Assembly (NCBI GenBank): GCA_964565225.1
Contig: CAZMEL010000001.1
Span: forward strand, 1,424-65,423
DNA length: 64,000 nucleotides
Direction: 5' to 3'
Source of the DNA: an uncultured Thermoanaerobaculia bacterium
GTDB lineage: Bacteria > Acidobacteriota > Thermoanaerobaculia > Multivoradales > J023
Shown here piece after piece: positions 8,415 through 16,285 of the stretch. The notes beneath the pieces are model-generated. The model made no database searches. It saw only the letters and a list, made by a program, of their open reading frames with translations, and had not been told where the DNA came from. Each line of letters starts with the position of its first letter. Positions within the stretch are counted from its first letter, which is position 1. The position numbers and the translations under genes are program-made.

Positions 8415-9832
8415 TAGCTCCCCGGTAGGATGAGGATGACCCGCAGACCGCCCAGCGGCGAGCTGTCGAGTTTCATCTGACCGCCGTAGAGGTTCGTGAT
8501 GTCACGTACGATGGTCAGGCCCAGGCCCGATCCCGAGCGCTCCTGATCCAGGCGTACGCCTCGGCGGAGGGCGTTCTCTCTTTGGGCGGCATCGAGGCCC
8601 GGGCCGTCGTCGTCGATACAAAGTCGAATACATGAATCTTCTTCTTTGCGCTCGCGATCCCCTTCGTGCTCACAGGGGACCTGCTCTCCCTTGAGCTCGA
8701 TCCGACCTTCGGCAAACCGCCACGAATTGTCGATCAGATTGCCGAGTACCTCTTCCAAGTCGGCCACGTTTCCGCGGAACTGAAGCTCCTCCGGCACGTC
8801 ACTGACGAAAGCCACTTCCTTGTCCGCATGGAGACGCATGAGGGTGCGTGCCAGGCGGTCCACGGAGATTTTCACTTCGCAGTAGGTGTAGGACCGAGGA
8901 CCGATGGACGCCGCCCTCGAGCGGGCCAGGTGGGATTCCACATAACGCCGTAGGGTCTTGGTCTGTTGTTGGATGATCTCGGCGGTTTCATCGTAGCCGG
9001 CATACTGCAGGCGCTCGGCTTCGTTGGTCACCACCGCCAGGGGAGTCTTGAGGGAGTGGGCCAGATCCTCGGCGTCGGCCCGTGCCCGTGCCACCGTCCG
9101 CTCGCTGTGGGTGATGAGCTCGTTGAGCTCGTCCACCAGGGGCCGGACCTCGGCCGGGAAGCGGCCGGTGAGCAAATTGGATTGGCCCATACGCATGACG
9201 TGAAGCCGATCTTTGATTTCTTTCAAGGGTTGAAAGCCTCGCCTGACGCTCAGGTAACCGAGAACCATCGACAGAACGGCGGCGAGAATCAGAACGGGCT
9301 CCAGATACTTCAGCGCTCGCTCCTCGAACGCGTGGGCGGGGTCGAGAACCATCTCTTCTGCGGCCACGGTGAGATGGAAGCGCATGTCGTCGAATGGGAT
9401 GCTCTGGCGCAGGGCCGGCAGCTTGGGACCGTGGACCTCGCCTCCCGAGGAAAGCCGGGCGGAGGGTAGGTGATGAGAGTCTTTGGGCGCCTTCACGATC
9501 AGGAGGCTGCCGTTCAGAGAGGCGGAACGCAGAATGGGGGCCGGCACCGCGGATGGATGGTCGGAGTGGAGGTCGAGCTGCCAATAAAGCCCCGAGGTCG
9601 GGATCTGGAAGCGTGGATCCAAAATGTGGATGGCGATGCGAGGGCGGTCCTCCTTGAACGAGATAGCTTCGGAGACCTGTTGCATGTAGACCTCGAGGCT
9701 GCCCCGATGGCGGGCCTTCATATGGCTCTCGAAGAGCTTGAACGAAACGGAGAGCCCCACCAGCAAGAGACCCAAGCCCCAGAGGATCGAGCCCACGAAG
9801 AGATACCTACGCAAGGAGGTGGGTTGCTTCAT
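8411..9832 (-). CDS. Two-component sensor histidine kinase, 473 aa.
   Basis: Has an N-terminal TM helix, HisKA H-box SHELRTPL-like (AHSLKTPLAVV), and a HATPase_c G-box GSGLGLTIVRDI. Its start overlaps the stop of the response regulator (ATGA at 9829..9832). Confidence 0.85.
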   Translation of the reverse strand: MKQPTSLRRYLFVGSILWGLGLLLVGLSVSFKLFESHMKARHRGSLEVYMQQVSEAISFKEDRPRIAIHILDPRFQIPTSGLYWQLDLHSDHPSAVPAPILRSASLNGSLLIVKAPKDSHHLPSARLSSGGEVHGPKLPALRQSIPFDDMRFHLTVAAEEMVLDPAHAFEERALKYLEPVLILAAVLSMVLGYLSVRRGFQPLKEIKDRLHVMRMGQSNLLTGRFPAEVRPLVDELNELITHSERTVARARADAEDLAHSLKTPLAVVTNEAERLQYAGYDETAEIIQQQTKTLRRYVESHLARSRAASIGPRSYTYCEVKISVDRLARTLMRLHADKEVAFVSDVPEELQFRGNVADLEEVLGNLIDNSWRFAEGRIELKGEQVPCEHEGDRERKEEDSCIRLCIDDDGPGLDAAQRENALRRGVRLDQERSGSGLGLTIVRDITNLYGGQMKLDSSPLGGLRVILILPGSY

Positions 9833-10488
9833 AGATCTCCCAGGCGATAGCCCACACCGCGGACGGTGGTGATCAATTTGGTGCCCAGCTTGCGTCGCAG
9901 GCGGGCGACGAAAACCTCGATGGTGTTGGAATCCCGGTCGGCATCCTGGGAGTAGATGTGCTCGACCAGCTCCGTGCGGGAGATGGCCCGTTCCGGATGG
10001 TGCATCAAATAGGCGAGGAGTCGATACTCCAGGGCCGTGAGCTTGACCGCCAGGCCGTTCTTGGTGACTCTGGTGGTGCGGGTGTCCAGGAGGATGGAAC
10101 CGTGCCGCAGCTCGGAGCCGAGAATGCGTCGACTGCGGCGTAAGAGAGCCCGGACTCGGGCCAGAAGCTCCTCCATCCGGAATGGCTTGGTCAGATAGTC
10201 GTCGGCGCCTGCATCGATCCCTTCCACTTTCTCGTGCCAGCTATTTCGGGCGGTCAGGACCAAGATCGGCCGGTCCATGCGTTCAGCGCGCCAGCGCCTG
10301 AGCACGGTCAGGCCGTCGATCCTGGGTAGGCCGAGGTCGAGAATGACGATGTCGAAGGGCTGGTGGAGGCCCTGGTAGAGAGCTTCTTCCCCATCCGGAG
10401 CCACGGTTACCGCATACCCCGCTTCTTCCAAGGCGGTCCGGAGCTGCTCAGCAAGGCGGGGTTCATCTTCGGCGACGAGGATGTGCAT
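9829..10488 (-). CDS. OmpR-family response regulator with receiver plus winged-helix domains, 219 aa.
   Basis: MHILVAEDEPRLAEQLRTALEEAGY...DIVILDLGLP receiver. C-terminal trans_reg_C region LTALEYRLLAYLMHHPERAISRTELVEHIY...TIEVFVARLRRKL. Confidence 0.9.
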   Translation of the reverse strand: MHILVAEDEPRLAEQLRTALEEAGYAVTVAPDGEEALYQGLHQPFDIVILDLGLPRIDGLTVLRRWRAERMDRPILVLTARNSWHEKVEGIDAGADDYLTKPFRMEELLARVRALLRRSRRILGSELRHGSILLDTRTTRVTKNGLAVKLTALEYRLLAYLMHHPERAISRTELVEHIYSQDADRDSNTIEVFVARLRRKLGTKLITTVRGVGYRLGDL

Positions 10489-10563
10489 AGGAGGTCCCTT
10501 AGTTTGGACGACTGATACCCAAAGGGTACTCGACCAGCGGCCTCTAGTGAAGATGAATCGTTT

Positions 10564-10580
10564 CTGAACGAGCTGTTCAG
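10564..10580. promoter_or_regulatory. Inverted repeat CTGAAC-gagct-GTTCAG in the divergent region between the response-regulator gene and the MMPL gene. Candidate regulator binding site.
   Basis: Seen in the sequence. Arms are only 6 bp, so chance occurrence is possible. Confidence 0.2.
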
Positions 10581-10652
10581 GGTGTATTCAGGTGGACTTG
10601 CGTACAGTTTGCCCTGTCCATTAAGAATGAAAAGACGAATAGGTGCACTCCT

Positions 10653-13085
10653 GTGACGAAAGAGACTTCGACACGAAAAAAGCCGGACGCGGGACTGTCG
10701 GGTAGATTTTCCCGCTGGATCGTTGGCCATCCCGGCCTGGCTTTGATCTTGGCCTTGGCGATTGCCGTTCCTGCCGCCGTCGGACTTCCACGGATTACCT
10801 CCGACTTCACCCATCGGGGATTCTTCCGCGCTGAAGATCCCCTGCTGCTGGCCGTGGACCAGTTCGAGCGCCGCTTCGGCAACGACGATTCGGTGGTGCT
10901 CTTGATCCACAGCCCTTCCGGCATTTTCGATCGTGAATCGGTCGAGCTCCTGCACGAGCTGACCGAACGGATGTGGCGGGTACCCGAGGTGATCCGGGTG
11001 CAATCCCTGAGCAACTTCCGTTGGGTCCATGCCACGGGCGACGAAATCGAGATCGAGCCCTTGCTGCCCGAGCCCTTGGCGCCCGGAGATCAGCCCCTCA
11101 CCCCGGAGTTCCTGGCCCAACGTCGGCAAGTGGCCCTGGAGCACGAGCAGCTTCCCGGTTGGTTGGTGAGCGAGGACGGAAAGACCACGGCGATCTTCGC
11201 CTATATCCGGCCCGGCATCGACACCACTCCGGACATGCCACTGATCACCTCCACGGTGGAGGAGATCGCGGCCGAGGTGCACGGACGAGGTGGTGACCAC
11301 CAGCTCTACGTCACCGGTCGAGCGGCGGTGAATGCCACCTTCAAGCGCAGCATGCAGGCGGATATGCAGTCCCTGGTGCCCTTGGTCTTCTTGCTCACCC
11401 TGGTCTTCCTCGGCCTGGCCTTCCGCCGGGTGGGCGGAGTGCTGCAGCCCTTGATCGTCATTCTTTTCTCGGTGCTGGCGGCCATGGGCCTGATGGGTTG
11501 GCTCGATCTGAAGATGACCAATACCACCTCCATCCTGCCGCAGATTCTCATGGCCATCGTCGTGGCGGATTCGGTGCACGTGCTGAGCACCTTCTACGAG
11601 CGCCTCCGAGCCGGGGCCGAGCGTCGGCAGGCGGCAATCGACGCGCTGACCAAGAATGTGAGACCCACTCTACTGACCACCATCAGCACGGCCGTGGGTT
11701 TCTTCTCCTACGCGCCCTCGGCCATCTTGGCGGTGGCCAGTCTGGGAATCGCCGCCGGCCTCGGCACCATCTTGGCCTGGCTCTTCACCTATCTGGTCTT
11801 GGGGCCCATGCTAGCTGTGCTGCCCGTACGTCGCCCCAGAACCCGGGCGGACCGGGCCGAAGACGAAGGTGATGCCGGCGAGCCCGCGATGCCTCGCCGC
11901 CGGGCTTTTGTCACTTTCTTGGATCGTCGCTGCGTGCCCCTGGTGATCGCTGGCTTCGTGTTGGTGGTCGTGTCCTTCGTGCTCAGCCTGGGTAATACGG
12001 TGAATTCCGATCCCTTCGGGTATTTCAAGAAGGGCACCCCCGTGCGCACGGCCAACGATTTTGCCGAGGAGCATCTGGGCGGGGTCAACGGGGTCGAGAT
12101 CGTGATCGAAAGCGGCAGTCCGGAAGGGGTGAAGGACCCCGAGTTCCTGCGCCGGGTAGCGGCTTTCCAGGCCTGGGTGGACGAGCAGCCGGGGGTGAAC
12201 AAGACCGTTTCCCTGATCGACATCCTGCGCCAGACCCACCGCGCCCTGCACGGTGGCGGTGACGAGCACTATCGCCTGGCCGACACTCGGGAAGAGGTGG
12301 CCCAGGAGATTTTTCTCTACACCATGAGCCTGCCCCAGGGCATGGACATCAACGACCGCCTGACCGTGGAGAACGATGCCTTGCGCATGTCGGTGCTGTG
12401 GACCGTCCGCCGCTCCGAGGACTTCGTGCGGGAAGCGGCGCGACTACAGGCCAAAGCCAAGGAAATGGGCCTCGACACCGTCACCACCGGAAAGATGATG
12501 CTCTACCAGAGCATGAACGGCTATGTGGTGGATTCCTTCCTCACTTCCATCTCCATTGCCATGGTGCTGATCAGCCTGCTCTTGGTGGTGGCCCTGCGCT
12601 CGGTGTGGCTCGGCGCCTTGGCCCTGGTGGCCAACGTGGCGCCGCTCGTGGTGGGCGGCGCCTTGATTCGCCTCATGGGTCAACCCCTCGACGTGGGCAC
12701 AGTGATCGTGGCCAGCGTCTGTCTGGGCATCGCGGTGGACGACACCATCCACTTCTTGGCGGACTTCGAGCGCTGGCGGGCCAGGGGGTTGAAGGTGCGG
12801 GAAGCCACCCTGCAGGTCTTCTACCACACGGTGCCGGCCCTGCTGACCACGACGGTGATACTCGTCGCTTCCTTCGGCATCTTCGCCCTGGCCGACTTCA
12901 CGCCCAATCGCAACTTCGGAGTCTTGACCGCGGGCGTTCTCGGCACCGCCTTGATCATGGACATCACCCTGCTCCCGGCCATGCTCCTGGCCTTCGATCG
13001 GCGAGGTGAATCGAAAAAAGAAGCAGCCCGCACCGAGACGGATTTGGTGACCGGTGAGCCGGTCACGGAAGGGTCCCTATCGTGA
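10653..13085 (+). CDS. MMPL / RND-superfamily inner-membrane transporter (HpnN-like lipid exporter), 810 aa.
   Basis: Two 6-TM blocks, each followed by a large periplasmic loop, with a sterol-sensing-domain-like TM pattern. The track start is a GTG. Confidence 0.85.
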   Translation: MTKETSTRKKPDAGLSGRFSRWIVGHPGLALILALAIAVPAAVGLPRITSDFTHRGFFRAEDPLLLAVDQFERRFGNDDSVVLLIHSPSGIFDRESVELLHELTERMWRVPEVIRVQSLSNFRWVHATGDEIEIEPLLPEPLAPGDQPLTPEFLAQRRQVALEHEQLPGWLVSEDGKTTAIFAYIRPGIDTTPDMPLITSTVEEIAAEVHGRGGDHQLYVTGRAAVNATFKRSMQADMQSLVPLVFLLTLVFLGLAFRRVGGVLQPLIVILFSVLAAMGLMGWLDLKMTNTTSILPQILMAIVVADSVHVLSTFYERLRAGAERRQAAIDALTKNVRPTLLTTISTAVGFFSYAPSAILAVASLGIAAGLGTILAWLFTYLVLGPMLAVLPVRRPRTRADRAEDEGDAGEPAMPRRRAFVTFLDRRCVPLVIAGFVLVVVSFVLSLGNTVNSDPFGYFKKGTPVRTANDFAEEHLGGVNGVEIVIESGSPEGVKDPEFLRRVAAFQAWVDEQPGVNKTVSLIDILRQTHRALHGGGDEHYRLADTREEVAQEIFLYTMSLPQGMDINDRLTVENDALRMSVLWTVRRSEDFVREAARLQAKAKEMGLDTVTTGKMMLYQSMNGYVVDSFLTSISIAMVLISLLLVVALRSVWLGALALVANVAPLVVGGALIRLMGQPLDVGTVIVASVCLGIAVDDTIHFLADFERWRARGLKVREATLQVFYHTVPALLTTTVILVASFGIFALADFTPNRNFGVLTAGVLGTALIMDITLLPAMLLAFDRRGESKKEAARTETDLVTGEPVTEGSLS

Positions 13086-13810
13086 GCGTACAGACTCCTC
13101 ACAACGGCTCGCCGTCGGCCGGTCCCCGCTCGGGAGCCGCGTCCGTGGCCTGGCTGCGGCGCCAGTTCATGCATCCCACGGGGTGGGGCGGCCGCCTGGC
13201 CGGTTGGGTGATGGCGCGCAAGAACGCGGCGATCAATCGGAAGGCGGTGGAGGTCTTGAATCCCGGTCCCGGAGCTCGGGTTCTGGAAATCGGTTTCGGA
13301 CCCGGGGTGGCCATCGCGGAGCTCGTGAAGCGAGCGGCCCGGGTGGCCGGTATCGACCATTCCGAAACCATGGTGGAGGCCGCGGCCTGGCGCAATCGCG
13401 ACGCCATCCGCGCCGGTCGCTTGGAGCTGGTCCACGGCTCCGCGGACGAGCTGCCCTGGGAGGCCGGAGCGTTTACCCACGCCCTGATGGTGAATTGTCT
13501 CTATGCCTGGTCCGACCAGGCCGCCGAGATCCTGAAAGAGATTCAGCGGGTGCTCGACGACGACGACGGTCGGGTCTTGATCGGTGTGCGCATGACCACA
13601 GGAGAGGATGGTATGCGTTCTCCCGGGGCCGGGGCCGAAGCCATCGCCGGTATCGAGGTCGGATTGCGGCAGATCGGCTACGAAGAGGTGGAAGTCACCC
13701 GCCACGCCGTGGGGAGCCGTGAGATGTCGGCGATTTGCGCTTGGCGACGGGCGCGAGCCGGAGCCGGTGGGGAGAAGAGCCACATTGAAACCACAATCGA
13801 GTCGAGATGA
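13082..13810 (+). CDS. Class I SAM-dependent methyltransferase, 242 aa.
   Basis: Motif I VLEIGFGPG and a downstream acidic-loop pattern. A GTG at 13082 overlaps the MMPL stop (GTGA). Confidence 0.75.
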   Translation: MSVQTPHNGSPSAGPRSGAASVAWLRRQFMHPTGWGGRLAGWVMARKNAAINRKAVEVLNPGPGARVLEIGFGPGVAIAELVKRAARVAGIDHSETMVEAAAWRNRDAIRAGRLELVHGSADELPWEAGAFTHALMVNCLYAWSDQAAEILKEIQRVLDDDDGRVLIGVRMTTGEDGMRSPGAGAEAIAGIEVGLRQIGYEEVEVTRHAVGSREMSAICAWRRARAGAGGEKSHIETTIESR

Positions 13811-14730
13811 CGTTTTCTGTCGAGCCTAAATCCATGACCATACGGAGCCGAAGGGCCATGTTTATTCAGCCTTGTAATTCTCAGCCTCGAAATCGAACCC
13901 CCCGAGGTCGGCGATCCCGGACCGGACTCTCGATCTCGGCGGCCCTGCTCACCGCCCTTGCCCTGGTGCCGGTCACCGGTGCGGATACCCCGGGCATGGA
14001 AGTCGGAGCGGTCAAGGGTGATGCCGAGGCCCGCGGTCTGGCGGTGGCCGAGCAGATGCGCGAGATGCGCCGGGGTTTCGGCGGTGAGTCGTCCGCAATG
14101 GAGCTGGTGTTGATCAACGCTGCCGGTGACGAGGTGACGCGGCGTATGGCTTCCCGCACCCTGGAAATGGAAGACGACGGTGATCGCTCCCGGATCACGT
14201 TCAAGTGGCCGGCGGATGTGGAGGGCACGGAGCTGCTCACCTGGAGCCATCGCCAGGGGGCCGACGACCAATGGCTCTATCTGCCGGCGATCCAGCGCGT
14301 GAAGCGCATCAGCTCGCGCAACAAATCCGGCTCATTCATGGGCAGCGAGTTTTCCTACGAGGATTTGGGCAGCCAGGAGGTGGAGCAATTCACCTACCGC
14401 TATTTGCGGGAAGAGAAGCTCGGCGGCCGCGACACGGTGGTCATCGAGCGCTACCCGGAAGACAAGCTCAGCGGCTATGCCAAGCAAGTGGTGTGGTACG
14501 ACATGGAATACGGTCGGCCGGTGCAGATCCACTACTTCGATCGTAAGGAAGAGCTTCTGAAGATCTCTACCTTTGGCGATTTTCGCAAGCTCGGGCAGTG
14601 GTGGCGCGAGCATCGGATCGAAATGTCCAACGTCCAGACCCACAAGAGATCGGTGATCACTTGGCAGAGCCGCACCTTGGAAGAGGAGCACACGATCTTG
14701 GATTTCGAACGAACCGCTTTGGGTGATTGA
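13807..14730 (+). CDS. Periplasmic LolA-like outer-membrane lipoprotein-sorting / lipid-carrier protein. The start is uncertain.
   Basis: ATG 13807 overlaps the MTase TGA (ATGA), but the first ~20 codons are AT3-rich and look non-coding. An alternative start at ATG 13858 gives a signal peptide ...RTGLSISAALLTALALVPVTGA. The mature part resembles the LolA-like family typically paired with MMPL exporters. Confidence 0.65.
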   Translation: MTFSVEPKSMTIRSRRAMFIQPCNSQPRNRTPRGRRSRTGLSISAALLTALALVPVTGADTPGMEVGAVKGDAEARGLAVAEQMREMRRGFGGESSAMELVLINAAGDEVTRRMASRTLEMEDDGDRSRITFKWPADVEGTELLTWSHRQGADDQWLYLPAIQRVKRISSRNKSGSFMGSEFSYEDLGSQEVEQFTYRYLREEKLGGRDTVVIERYPEDKLSGYAKQVVWYDMEYGRPVQIHYFDRKEELLKISTFGDFRKLGQWWREHRIEMSNVQTHKRSVITWQSRTLEEEHTILDFERTALGD

Positions 14731-14755
14731 TTCCCTGAATCGAGCATAAACCGAC

Positions 14756-16078
14756 ATGAGCCTGTGTGATCAAGAACCGTGCCGCCCGGCAGGGCGGCGA
14801 TGGGGAATCCTCGCCTCTATCGCCCTACTGGGCGCTCAGGGAGCCGGATTCGCCTGCGGCGAGGAAGGGGCGACGCCCTTCTGGTCCGTCAAGGGAGAAA
14901 CGGCGCTCGAAGCCCGTGCTTTCAACGGCGACGGAGATTCCCGAACCGAAGATGTCGGTCTGGCCCTCACCGGTCGATTGGAGGCCAAGGGCTCGCGGGG
15001 TCCGTGGCGGAGCCAAGTGCGACTCTTCGGTCGTGCGGACGCCATGGACTCGGATCGGCGCCTCGCGGTGGTGGAGGAGGCGTGGGTGGAGCACCGTCGG
15101 GGACGTTGGCAGTTCCGTGCCGGCGTCGAGCTCTTCAACTGGTCGGCCACCGAGGCCTTCCACCCCGCGGACGTGGTCAACAGCCGAAATCTGGACAGCG
15201 ACTTGGAGAGCCTCGAGAAATTGGGTGAGCCCATCATCGGTACCATCGTGCGGATTCCGGCGGGTGAGGTCTCGGCCTTCTACCTGCCCGTGCGAGTGGA
15301 TCCCGAGTTCCCGTCCGCGAAGTCTCGCCTCAGCTTTGCGCCGGCCGGTTGGGAGGTGGAGGAGCCTCTGTGGATCGGCTGGGACGGTGAGGCGGACGAC
15401 GGCGATTTCGGCGATCAGTGGTTGGTGCGGGTGCTCCAGAGCCGCGGCCCGGCGGATTTCGACTTCCACGTTCTGCGTCACTTCGATCGAAGCCAGCCGG
15501 TTGTGCTGGTGGACCCGGAGCGGCAGAGTGTCCAGCCCGTCTTCCTGCCCGTGACTCAGATCGGCGGCACCGTCCAAGCGGTGCTCGGCTCCTGGGTGGG
15601 CAAGTTGGAGTGGTCTCATCGCACTTTCGAGTCCGGGTCATTGGCCCTGCCGGGATCGGGCACGGTGACAGTGGATCAGCCGGACCACCAGCAGGTGGCC
15701 ATGGGGGTGGAATACGGCACCAATACAGACGCGGGGGCCACGGGTACCTGGTTTCTGGAAGCCCAAGGGGTGCTCGGTGTGGACGAGGACGAACGAGCGA
15801 GTCTTTCCACTTTTCAGCGGGATGTCCTGGTAGGCTATCGGCACGATTGGAACGACATTCCCGGTCGACGCCTGACCGCCACCCTGATCGGCGACGCGGA
15901 GCGCGGCGACGAATGGCTCTTGAGCCTGGCCTACTTCCAACGCCTGGGAGGCGGCTGGGGTCTGGACGCCAATCTGCGCTTGATCGATGCCGAGCCGGAT
16001 GTGCCGTCGGATCCCGTAGGTCTCGAGCGTCTGGACGGTGATCATCAATTGCGTTTCGTGTTCCGCAGATATTTCTAG
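14756..16078 (+). CDS. Putative outer-membrane beta-barrel protein (DUF1302-like), 440 aa.
   Basis: Signal peptide WGILASIALLGAQGAGFA. Aromatic-rich with alternating-hydrophobic segments. C-terminus ...LRFVFRRYF ends in Phe, the OMP C-terminal signature. Its position after the MMPL and LolA-like genes fits a three-tier export conduit. Confidence 0.5.
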   Translation: MSLCDQEPCRPAGRRWGILASIALLGAQGAGFACGEEGATPFWSVKGETALEARAFNGDGDSRTEDVGLALTGRLEAKGSRGPWRSQVRLFGRADAMDSDRRLAVVEEAWVEHRRGRWQFRAGVELFNWSATEAFHPADVVNSRNLDSDLESLEKLGEPIIGTIVRIPAGEVSAFYLPVRVDPEFPSAKSRLSFAPAGWEVEEPLWIGWDGEADDGDFGDQWLVRVLQSRGPADFDFHVLRHFDRSQPVVLVDPERQSVQPVFLPVTQIGGTVQAVLGSWVGKLEWSHRTFESGSLALPGSGTVTVDQPDHQQVAMGVEYGTNTDAGATGTWFLEAQGVLGVDEDERASLSTFQRDVLVGYRHDWNDIPGRRLTATLIGDAERGDEWLLSLAYFQRLGGGWGLDANLRLIDAEPDVPSDPVGLERLDGDHQLRFVFRRYF

Positions 16079-16285
16079 ACCGATGTTCTTCAGGGAACAG
16101 ATATCCGGATCCGTGAACTTCGATTTGTCTGAAACAAATATAGCAAATCAGCAAACTTTTGAATATTGGATGTGCAATTGGTTTTCATTTTAAGGCTTTG
16201 AGCTTGCACTAGATCACTGGAATCTGAGAGAGGGCCCCCGAAAAACGGAGGCTCGAATCAGGCGGCAAAGGTAAGCGAGGCTCCC
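16079..16285 (+). promoter_or_regulatory. AT-rich promoter / leader region of the PKS-NRPS operon. Contains the direct repeat AGCAAA-tc-AGCAAA (16142..16155) and a TTGAAT box (16159..16164).
   Basis: A marked AT-rich island in an otherwise GC-rich sequence, immediately upstream of the first megasynthase gene. No confident -10 box was identified. Confidence 0.3.
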
